Shown here one piece after another: positions 56,556-64,000 of a stretch of DNA of 64,000 bases. This DNA comes from a virus (taxonomy: Duplodnaviria; Caudoviricetes): IMG/VR virus record IMGVR_UViG_3300021399_000117, positions 67,566-131,565 of that record, one strand, 5' to 3'. A program made the position numbers and the translations under genes. Within the stretch, counting starts at the first letter, position 1. Every line of letters begins with the position of its first letter. The notes under the pieces are model-generated. The model saw nothing but the letters and a program-made list of their open reading frames with translations, did no database searches and had not been told where the DNA came from.

Positions 56556-58277
56556 ATGATTCTAACAGAAAACGCACAAAAATGGTCTAGCATCATTAGT
56601 GAGTCTCTTCACATAGAGAATAAGTCAAAATTGGCTTGGATGTCTCAATATGCTGCTAACCACGAGATGTTCGAGGCTGTTCAAGCAGGCGACCCTGCAG
56701 CTGGTATCTACAGCACTCCTCTTAACACGCTCGGTATGGGCAACCCACAAATGCCGGAACCTGCCAACGGTTTCCAAAAAGGTTCAGGTATCGGCATCGG
56801 CGCAACTGATTTCCATAATCAGAAAGTAGGTTCAGGTGATATTCCTATGTCAACTTTGACAATGTCTCTTGAAATCGCTGCTATGACAATCGGTTTGGAA
56901 CTCGTCCCAGTTATTCCTGCAAGTGGTCCTTGGGCAATGCTATCATATATGGACTTCCCATATGCCGGTGGTAAGCTCGGTAAACTCAACGAGACTTCTC
57001 TCGACGGTAAGGGTAAAGATGACGCTAACAAACCTATCTACATCCGTATCATTACAGATCGCGCTGTTCAGAGAAACGCTAAGTCTCTTGCAGAAGGTGC
57101 AGCAGTTGTTGTAACCGGTGCAGACAGCAAGACATTGAACGCAACTTACATCGGAAGCTCACGTCTTGACAACTCTATCATCGTTAAGGTGGTTGACTGC
57201 GGAGACGAAAACACTTCTATCGCAGACGTATTTGAGCAGACAGGTTTGACTATCAAGTTGGGTACCGGCGACGCAACCAGCGTAACAGCAGCTCGTCCAG
57301 AGTTCGTAAGCGGTGCAGCTGACCACGTTCAAGGTTTCGCTAACTTCGCTACCGGATCTAAGGATCCTATGAGCCGTGCAGAGAACGAAACCGGTGTTGG
57401 TAACACAATCGGCGCTCGTATGTTCACCCGTCTCGTACAAATGGGTGCTTACGAAGTAACTGGTTCCGTAACTCGTCAACAGCTACAGGATATGCCACTC
57501 TACGGAGTAGACGTTATCGGTAAGGTTCTCGAGGCAATGCAGAACGAGATCTCACAACACATTAACAACCGTATCTTGGACCGCGTATTCAAACTTGGTG
57601 TTGAGAACGCAAAGACCCAATACGATTACCAGGGTGTTGACTTGAACCTCTTCTTCGGTGCAACCAACACAGCAACTAAGAACTTGAGCGACTTCACTGC
57701 AGCTAAGTATCTTGTTGACTTGAATGGCGTATCTGCAGCTGATGCAACAGGTTGGGCAAATGGTTGGGTTGTTAAGAACGCAACTTTGAACACTGCAGCT
57801 GAGAACACTCATACTCATCAACGTCGTATCATGAGCCGCGCTCTTGCCGCTGCTAACTTGATCGCAAACGTATCTCGTTTCGGACGTGGCCAATGGTTGG
57901 TAACCAACACTCAAGTCCTCTCAGCTCTTCAAGACTGCGCCGGCTTCGTTGTTGCTCCTATGACCAACACCTTGACACAAGATGGATCTAACAGCTTGTA
58001 CTTCGCAGGTACTCTTGCAGGTCTTCAAGTATACGTTGATCCTTACATGACTTGGGATGACTGCCGTATCTGCGTAGGACGTAAGTCAGATGGTAACACT
58101 CCTGGTGTAATCTTCATGCCGTACATCCTTGCCGACACCGTTCAAACCGTTGTTGAAGGTACAATGGCTCCTAAGTTGCTTGTAAACAGCCGATTCCAAA
58201 TTGTTGACGCCGGTTTCCACCCAGACCAGAACTATTTCACATTCGCAGTAGATGCCGACGGTGCATACTTCCTCTAA
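56556..58277 (+). CDS. Major capsid protein (T4 gp23-like)
   Basis: IGLELVPVIP..GP, QQLQD..YGVD, EISQHIN..I, RFGRGQWLV, FAGTL...VYVDPY, IFMPYI; strongly biased codon usage. Confidence 0.9.
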   Translation: MILTENAQKWSSIISESLHIENKSKLAWMSQYAANHEMFEAVQAGDPAAGIYSTPLNTLGMGNPQMPEPANGFQKGSGIGIGATDFHNQKVGSGDIPMSTLTMSLEIAAMTIGLELVPVIPASGPWAMLSYMDFPYAGGKLGKLNETSLDGKGKDDANKPIYIRIITDRAVQRNAKSLAEGAAVVVTGADSKTLNATYIGSSRLDNSIIVKVVDCGDENTSIADVFEQTGLTIKLGTGDATSVTAARPEFVSGAADHVQGFANFATGSKDPMSRAENETGVGNTIGARMFTRLVQMGAYEVTGSVTRQQLQDMPLYGVDVIGKVLEAMQNEISQHINNRILDRVFKLGVENAKTQYDYQGVDLNLFFGATNTATKNLSDFTAAKYLVDLNGVSAADATGWANGWVVKNATLNTAAENTHTHQRRIMSRALAAANLIANVSRFGRGQWLVTNTQVLSALQDCAGFVVAPMTNTLTQDGSNSLYFAGTLAGLQVYVDPYMTWDDCRICVGRKSDGNTPGVIFMPYILADTVQTVVEGTMAPKLLVNSRFQIVDAGFHPDQNYFTFAVDADGAYFL

Positions 58278-58313
58278 TCATTAGTATCTTACTCAGATAT
58301 AATGTTTAACAGG

Positions 58314-58349
58314 GCACCCTGACTTGTGAGAGTCGGGGTGTTTTTTTTT
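58314..58349 (+). terminator. Intrinsic terminator after the capsid gene
   Basis: GCACCCTGACT/AGTCGGGGTGT followed by a long T run. Confidence 0.85.
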
Positions 58350-58357
58350 ATGGATTT

Positions 58358-58391
58358 TCACTAAAGATTTAGAAAAGTTTCAGATATATAT
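58358..58391 (+). promoter_or_regulatory. Class A promoter
   Basis: TCACTAAAGATTT-N-GATATATAT. Confidence 0.55.
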
Positions 58392-58423
58392 ACATAACAC
58401 AATCAAAGGAAAGGAAAACAACT

Positions 58424-58663
58424 ATGACAATGACAACGACAGTAACAGGAGTAGGAATCTTAGTAATCTTAGTGTTAATCACGCTGTTTTTAATCGAAGG
58501 GATCGTAATGTTCGTTGGATCTCTTGTAGGATGGGATAGCAACTATGTCTACGACAGGATCTTGAGTTACTTCCTTTGGGTCACAATGGGACTCTCCCTT
58601 ATCGGATGTGTAGTCCTCTTGTTCCTCTTAATCATTAGTATAATCATTGGATACGTTATCTAA
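58424..58663 (+). CDS. Small two-TM membrane protein
   Basis: Two long hydrophobic segments. Confidence 0.7.
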   Translation: MTMTTTVTGVGILVILVLITLFLIEGIVMFVGSLVGWDSNYVYDRILSYFLWVTMGLSLIGCVVLLFLLIISIIIGYVI

Positions 58664-58664
58664 T

Positions 58665-58946
58665 ATGAAACCCGTACGAGCTACACTGACAACGAAGCAA
58701 AAGAACTTCCTGTTTCAATACTTCCCTAAAGACAATATGTTCACTTCGCAAAAGGAGATGGATAAGATTGCAGAAGTATTGAAGCTGGACAACGACAAGT
58801 CCGAAGAGTGGTATCGTAAATTGCGCAATGCTGTAGTAGAGTATTACCACCCAAGGATCAACAGAATCTTCAAGTACATGTACAGCATGCAGAGCGTTAC
58901 TGCTGTAATTGATTACTATAAAGTAAAGAAAGGATACTCAGTATGA
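58665..58946 (+). CDS. Hypothetical protein
   Basis: ATG at 58665; ATGA overlap with the next gene. Confidence 0.65.
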   Translation: MKPVRATLTTKQKNFLFQYFPKDNMFTSQKEMDKIAEVLKLDNDKSEEWYRKLRNAVVEYYHPRINRIFKYMYSMQSVTAVIDYYKVKKGYSV

Positions 58947-59212
58947 CATATCCACAAGATATCAACATCAATGTGATTACAAAAGTAATCTTGACCGCAC
59001 ACGGTGCGTCTGTCATTAACCAATACAACAAAGGATATCATATATCCGGTGATGAAGACCTGGATGAAAAGATATTCCCTACTAATTACAAAGAAGGCGA
59101 CACTATCGAACGTGCCCTTTGGGAGTTGATGATAATATTCGGACCGCACATGTCTCAGGGTGGTCCGATCGTATTCATGTCTAACAATATAACATTAGTC
59201 AGCGCTTTATGA
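58943..59212 (+). CDS. Hypothetical protein
   Basis: INLN..V.LT..G...LWELM.IFG pattern seen in small phage proteins; coupled to neighbours. Confidence 0.65.
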   Translation: MTYPQDININVITKVILTAHGASVINQYNKGYHISGDEDLDEKIFPTNYKEGDTIERALWELMIIFGPHMSQGGPIVFMSNNITLVSAL

Positions 59213-59853
59213 TGCCAGATGAAGAATACGAATACAGAACCAAGAATCACAAGACACGTCTAGCTCGAGTGACTCTGTATTTGGAAGTACCCACTCAAAA
59301 CGCCATAGGTAGAGTCATCGGAGAAGGTGATACCCTATCTAATATGGAAAACATACTGTTCAGCAATGGATACGTACCTACATCGGGAGGTGAGATTAAC
59401 CTATCACCAATCTTTGACGACAACGTATTCTTATACAAGCATCCTGTGGGATATTTGACACCAGATGGTAAGTTCTACGTCATTGAAGAAGAAGAGAACG
59501 GTCTAGCCCATCTAGAAGTGTCTGGGGTTGTATATAATAAATATGCGCGAACACAGTATATTCAGTTGAATCGTCTGGGGGTAAGTCTTGAGGACACACT
59601 GGAAAAGAACGGATTTATCAAAGTTCACGTTCAGGATATCAGATACTTCGCACACATGTATATTGGCAGAAATACTGTTACCGGCGAAAAGATCTACACA
59701 CCGGATCCTACACAAGCTCAGATCCGTGCCTTGATTGAGTACTGCAGACATTTCAATCTGGAAGGTGAAAACTTTATCAACGAAAAAAGATTTGACATAC
59801 GGATCCTAAAAAACGGTGACCCATTGTCCATCAGAAAATTATTTGAAATATGA
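59209..59853 (+). CDS. Hypothetical protein
   Basis: GYLTPDGKF...H...LEKNGFIKV...T.AQ motif; coupled to neighbours. Confidence 0.7.
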   Translation: MMPDEEYEYRTKNHKTRLARVTLYLEVPTQNAIGRVIGEGDTLSNMENILFSNGYVPTSGGEINLSPIFDDNVFLYKHPVGYLTPDGKFYVIEEEENGLAHLEVSGVVYNKYARTQYIQLNRLGVSLEDTLEKNGFIKVHVQDIRYFAHMYIGRNTVTGEKIYTPDPTQAQIRALIEYCRHFNLEGENFINEKRFDIRILKNGDPLSIRKLFEI

Positions 59854-60137
59854 GCGTATATGATCCAAACTGTATACACTGTGGGGACGATGATACCTGT
59901 AGGTGTATGTGTAACGAATGTAGTGAGGACTGTCCGTTCTACGATACATTGCTCTCTCCTGAGTTTGAGGAGACTCTATTTGAGGAACAAGATTACCAGG
60001 AAAGTGAGTTCGCTGCTGGTGTAGAACATCAAAAGAAACGCGCTATCGAAGCAGCAAAAATCATCATCAACCGTTTTTATGAATCAAGATTTGATCCATC
60101 AATCGACTATTTGAAACTGTTTATAGAAAACTTATAA
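59850..60137 (+). CDS. Cys-rich hypothetical protein
   Basis: CIHC...CRCMCNEC..DCPF. Confidence 0.65.
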   Translation: MSVYDPNCIHCGDDDTCRCMCNECSEDCPFYDTLLSPEFEETLFEEQDYQESEFAAGVEHQKKRAIEAAKIIINRFYESRFDPSIDYLKLFIENL

Positions 60138-60140
60138 GTT

Positions 60141-60599
60141 ATGGGTAATATGATTAACGACAGACTGGACACACTCATTATGTCCTACATGAAAGAGCAC
60201 GACGAGGTGCGCGTTCGAACTCTCCGTGCTATGAAAGCCAAGTTCACCGAGTGGAGAACTGCCAAACAAAACATCGGTAAAGAATTTACTGAAGAGGTCG
60301 AGTTGCAGATCATCAACAAGATGGTCAAAGAGCGCACCGAGTCAGCTGACCTATACGAACAGGCACATCGCCCGGATCTTGCCGAAGCAGAAAAGGCAGA
60401 GATCAGCATTCTGAATAAGTTTCTCCCAACACCTGCTACCGAAGAGGACATCAACAAGGCGTTCGATGAGGTGATCGTAGTGGACGAAATATCTCCGGAG
60501 AAAAAGAATATGGGTACCATTATCAAGGCTATCAAATCCAAACTTCCTGGCGCGGATGGTAAACTGGTATCACAAGTGGTAATGAAACGCCTCGGTTAA
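60141..60599 (+). CDS. GatB/YqeY domain protein
   Basis: MK..D..R...LR, KMVKERTESA..Y....R.DLAE.E..EI.IL..FLP, MG.II...ADGK.VS..V. Confidence 0.9.
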   Translation: MGNMINDRLDTLIMSYMKEHDEVRVRTLRAMKAKFTEWRTAKQNIGKEFTEEVELQIINKMVKERTESADLYEQAHRPDLAEAEKAEISILNKFLPTPATEEDINKAFDEVIVVDEISPEKKNMGTIIKAIKSKLPGADGKLVSQVVMKRLG

Positions 60600-60618
60600 T
60601 ACGAGATGCAAAAAAATA

Positions 60619-60662
60619 AGGGGATTTCTTTCTAAAGATTTCCTCTTTTTTCATATATATAT
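60619..60662 (+). promoter_or_regulatory. Class A promoter (degenerate hairpin)
   Basis: CTAAA-GATTTCCTCTTTTTTCA-TATAT (17-nt spacer). Confidence 0.65.
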
Positions 60663-60683
60663 ATTCATATTAGAAAATAGACT

Positions 60684-61097
60684 ATGAACATAAGATTTAC
60701 TAAAGAAGACAGGGCAACATTCCCGTATTGGTTCGCACATTGGTGCGCCTATAACATGACAGCACTTAACTTAGGCGCCTGGAAATTCCGTTATCTGTTT
60801 CACGACATCGAAAAGCCATTCCTGCGTCTTTTTCTCCCGTACGAGAAAGTACAGTACATCCACAGACGCATTCATCCTCATCATGGAGAGTTCTTCCTTA
60901 AGCACGGCTGGCTCTTTTGGGACGACTTGGTAATCGATTGGGAGTGCTCCCATTACACCAAACAACAGTCTCCTCTTTTAGCACGCGAAGTGCTCTCGAA
61001 AGAGGTTAACAAACTGATGCATCTGGGCGCTACAGCAGAACAGGCAAGTACATACGCAACCAAAGCAATGGAAGCTATGGATCGCATAGGATTGTAA
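60684..61097 (+). CDS. HD-like metal-dependent hydrolase
   Basis: H...HDIEK...HRRIHPHH...IDWEC pattern. Confidence 0.6.
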   Translation: MNIRFTKEDRATFPYWFAHWCAYNMTALNLGAWKFRYLFHDIEKPFLRLFLPYEKVQYIHRRIHPHHGEFFLKHGWLFWDDLVIDWECSHYTKQQSPLLAREVLSKEVNKLMHLGATAEQASTYATKAMEAMDRIGL

Positions 61098-61103
61098 ATT
61101 TTG

Positions 61104-61172
61104 CATTATAACAAGAGATCTTGTATTGAGTTAATAAGTTATAAGGCTCAATATAGATATCGCGTTAAATCG
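61104..61172 (+). repeat. Family B intergenic element
   Basis: CATTATAA-N5-GATCTTGT, TATTGAG/CTCAATA hairpin, AGATATCGCGTTAAATCG. Confidence 0.6.
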
Positions 61173-61192
61173 AAGAAAATCGCGCAAAAAAC

Positions 61193-61218
61193 AAGGGTTA
61201 CTCATTGAGCAACCCTTT
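61193..61218. terminator. Terminator hairpin between convergent genes
   Basis: AAGGGTTACTCA/TGAGCAACCCTT. Confidence 0.6.
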
Positions 61219-61237
61219 AAATTTTGAATCATGATTA

Positions 61238-61939
61238 TTAGAACGCTGTCCAAATACCTTTTTCAGGATCCCACCACTGGTTGTTGTCATTGGAATAAAT
61301 GAAATGAACTTCATCGTCTCCCGCAGCCTTACAAGTCTTTGAAATGAAGTTAGCCGCAGTCACCTTGTATCCGTTTCCAAGGAGTGCGTGAACAGCCTTG
61401 TCGACATACTTCTTATCGAAGTCTTTGTTGTGTTTGAGAATGTCTTCGACGAGTGTTTCCAGTTCGGTATCTGATAGTGTGTCAAGATCCAAACGTTCAT
61501 CTGGAGTTTTCTCTAATGCCTCATACAAGAACTCAGTCAAGCTCTTCATATGGAAACTCTCCTTGACTTTGGTAAGCTCGCGGAGTTTGTACATACAAGA
61601 ATCGATAAGACTTACCACGTCATCCAGGTCGCTTTCGAGTTCAGGGACTTCATTCAGTAGTTTACGACCAGAGTCACAAACAGAGTGGAGCTCTTCCAGA
61701 TACTTCAATGCATCGTATTCGTCAGCATCGAGTACGTTCTTATAGTCGCCGACCTTCTGTTTGTTATGTCCCATGAAGTCTTCAATGAGCTTGTCGACCT
61801 TCTCAGGCATCTCTTTGTAGAACTCATCCAGGATGACATGAACGTCATGATTATCGGCTTTGAGGTGTTTACGCCATTCGGCTACCACACTCTGTTGAAG
61901 AGTTCCGAATAGTTCTTCTATTGATTTTATTGCTGCCAT
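61238..61939 (-). CDS. Ferritin/Dps-like (DUF5856-like) domain fused via an internal leader to a second domain
   Basis: WRKHL...HVILDEFY..M...D.LIE.FMG...YKL; internal MKSLTEFLYEA at 61549. Confidence 0.65.
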   Translation of the reverse strand: MAAIKSIEELFGTLQQSVVAEWRKHLKADNHDVHVILDEFYKEMPEKVDKLIEDFMGHNKQKVGDYKNVLDADEYDALKYLEELHSVCDSGRKLLNEVPELESDLDDVVSLIDSCMYKLRELTKVKESFHMKSLTEFLYEALEKTPDERLDLDTLSDTELETLVEDILKHNKDFDKKYVDKAVHALLGNGYKVTAANFISKTCKAAGDDEVHFIYSNDNNQWWDPEKGIWTAF

Positions 61940-61955
61940 GTTGTATTAGCGTTTA

Positions 61956-62609
61956 TTAAAGGATATATGTCTTGTTATCAAAGAATCCAATGATATGGGT
62001 TCCGTCACTTAGGTTAGCTACGCACCAGTTATTACCATAGATGTTAACGGATTCATTCATTGCCTTAGCCATGGCAAAAGGATTGTCGTTAGCGCAAGCA
62101 GCCACTTCCATGTAATCACCATGACGGGAAAGGAAACGACCGTTTTGTGGAATGGTGCTTTCACTGGTTATAAAAGAGGCTGTGGATACAGCGCTGCAGC
62201 AGTCGGGACATGCATTTATACATGCACCTTCTTTGCCTTCTTCTGGACCTTTGCGTTCCTCGATAGGCTTGAGTATATAAACATTATCTCCGTTCAGTAC
62301 ATCATAGGTACCTACCAGATTATACCGGATCATGAAGTCACCAAAACTCCAATACCCTGAATGTCTGAAGTTGACCCCACCGTACATAGACGAATAGATG
62401 AACTGGTCAAACTTGTGGGGATCAGAGATGATATGTCCAGTGACAACGATACGTCCGTCATCGAGATGAGACATATGAGTGTCTGTCGCTGCACCGAAGG
62501 TATTGTTGTATGCACGGCATATAGGGCATTGTTCCGGTATTGCTCGAGCAATTGGTGTATAATGGAATGCTGCAACGCCTTTGGCAATAAGTTGACTAAA
62601 TTTGTCCAT
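61956..62609 (-). CDS. Hypothetical protein
   Basis: 217-aa ORF in the minus-strand operon. Confidence 0.7.
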   Translation of the reverse strand: MDKFSQLIAKGVAAFHYTPIARAIPEQCPICRAYNNTFGAATDTHMSHLDDGRIVVTGHIISDPHKFDQFIYSSMYGGVNFRHSGYWSFGDFMIRYNLVGTYDVLNGDNVYILKPIEERKGPEEGKEGACINACPDCCSAVSTASFITSESTIPQNGRFLSRHGDYMEVAACANDNPFAMAKAMNESVNIYGNNWCVANLSDGTHIIGFFDNKTYIL

Positions 62610-62626
62610 GTGTTACAATCGTTTAA

Positions 62627-62929
62627 TTATGCGCCGAATGACTTGTTGAGCATACCAACGAGCTCACCCCATTCACCAGCTTCTACAAGATCCTTGTTGT
62701 CGTTAAGAAGACCATCGATAGTATCTTTCATCTTCTTTTCGTCGAGTTCGTCACCGAACACCTCTTTGAACTTGTTTTCAGCGTAATCGCGGAAAGTCTT
62801 TTCGTCTTTGATAGATTCAGTGGCTTTATCATCTTTTTCAGCCTCATTGATCTTATCCTCGAGCTCTTTAAGTTTTGCCTCATCAGCCTCATTCAAGTTC
62901 TCGTATAAGAAATCTGTAATGTTTTGCAT
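62627..62929 (-). CDS. Acidic hypothetical protein with leader (MQNITDFLYENLNEA)
   Basis: Leader variant. Confidence 0.7.
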   Translation of the reverse strand: MQNITDFLYENLNEADEAKLKELEDKINEAEKDDKATESIKDEKTFRDYAENKFKEVFGDELDEKKMKDTIDGLLNDNKDLVEAGEWGELVGMLNKSFGA

Positions 62930-62946
62930 ATTGATTTTTGTTTATT

Positions 62947-64000
62947 TTACCATTCTATATTTAACATTTTAGTAGCGGAGATGAGCTCCTCCATATATTC
63001 AGCCAAGTCAGCATCTTTCTTGCGACTCATGTTTTCTGTAGGATATACCTCACCAAGGAAGAATACGATCATGCGTCGATTCTTACGAAGTCCGGCATTG
63101 AAGACATCTATACCTTTAGTCAAACAATCCAATATGAACTTGGCGTCAGCAACATCTAACTTGTCACATGCACTCAGCACCGCGCGTTCTAGTGCGCGCT
63201 TGTCGTTCCAACGAGTGATACTTTCCAGCATCATGTATACGTTGTCATCATACAGTGCCTCCTTGATAGCACCTTTACCACATAGTGCGTGTTCCAATGC
63301 AACAGACTCAGTGTACGCATCTTTGATAGCACCAGTGATGCTAGCTGCTTTTGGATTGGTACGCAAGAACTTAAGAATCTTGCTGATGATGCTATTTTGG
63401 ATATTACCATCGGACATGCCATATTCTTTGGCAATGTCTTTGACTTTTTGTCTCTTACCATAATAAGGACCAAGACCAAAATAACGATAGAAGATATCTA
63501 CATCACGAGCGGAGAACTTGTCTTCGATCATCTTATACACCTCTTTCCATCTCTTCTCTTCTCCTTCATAATCATGTGCACTGTCAGCAGCCCCAAGAGC
63601 TTTCAAGTGGTCCTGATCAAAGTCATCATCGTTATCTCCTAGGAACCCATCCAAGGAAACTGCATCCAGCATAGCTGATCCGAAAGTCTCTTCTGCATAC
63701 CAGTTGGTTCCTGATAATGTATGACCAACTGCATTGATCTCATCTAGAATAGCGTGTTGAATAGTGTAGGATGCAAATGTACGGAATGAACCCCCCTTCT
63801 TCCTATCCCAGGTATTCATAGCATTGACCAGACCCTCGGTGCCTGCATCGATCAGGGATGGACGATCTAGACGACTCTTACCTACATATTGATCTGCGAT
63901 CTTATAAACGATTGGCATGTACATCTTTACAGCAGCGTTACGACCAGCCGGTGTCTCCAAGTCAATGGTCATATCGCTGAGAGATGCCTGCCCTGCCAAT
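62947..64000 (-). CDS. Second sigma-70 family factor with C-terminal extension (5' end beyond window)
   Basis: Region 2 YMPIVYKIA..Y...LIDAGTEGLVNAMNTWD..KGGSFRTFASYTI..AI; region 4 YFGL...KDIAKEYGMS; about 120 extra C-terminal aa. Confidence 0.85.
   Translation of the reverse strand, partial: LAGQASLSDMTIDLETPAGRNAAVKMYMPIVYKIADQYVGKSRLDRPSLIDAGTEGLVNAMNTWDRKKGGSFRTFASYTIQHAILDEINAVGHTLSGTNWYAEETFGSAMLDAVSLDGFLGDNDDDFDQDHLKALGAADSAHDYEGEEKRWKEVYKMIEDKFSARDVDIFYRYFGLGPYYGKRQKVKDIAKEYGMSDGNIQNSIISKILKFLRTNPKAASITGAIKDAYTESVALEHALCGKGAIKEALYDDNVYMMLESITRWNDKRALERAVLSACDKLDVADAKFILDCLTKGIDVFNAGLRKNRRMIVFFLGEVYPTENMSRKKDADLAEYMEELISATKMLNIEW

Noticed and set aside
1-64000. Stop-codon reassignment (TAG to Gln, as in Lak or some crAss-like phages)
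   Set aside because: Long genes are intact in the standard code with dense packing, and TAG ends 1415..2137 just before the next gene.

Overview
This is 64 kb of a large lytic myovirus-type (jumbo-like) phage genome with distant T4-like structural genes scattered through it: major capsid, prohead protease-scaffold fusion, neck, sheath, tube-like proteins, baseplate and fibres. It uses the standard genetic code. The host is probably Bacteroidota (DUF3127 SSB, Bacteroidales-like HPRT and ferredoxin, AT-rich starts lacking Shine-Dalgarno sites). It encodes a 7-deazaguanine DNA-modification set (FolE2, QueD, QueE, QueC, a TGT/DpdA-like transglycosylase, an ArcS/DUF5591-like protein), two sigma-70-like factors, an S1-domain protein and Rad50/gp46. 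The main unexplained signal is that about 22 otherwise unrelated proteins start with a shared leader, M-K-[S/T/N/Q]-L-x-[E/D/Q]-x-[I/L]-x-E. It resembles the T4 internal-protein capsid-targeting and cleavage signal. Wherever the upstream region is visible, these genes sit behind a TTATTAT late-type promoter (or a close variant), which points to a large virion-delivered cargo: ligase-like, nucleotidyltransferase, nuclease-like, HAD, RNase-like, protease, NDK and ArcS-like enzymes, and possibly a sigma factor. A second, hairpin-embedded promoter class (TAAA-N16-18-TATAT) precedes non-structural genes. Two candidate structured RNAs and two dispersed palindromic repeat families are also visible. 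All family assignments come from motif recognition by eye; no database searches were run.
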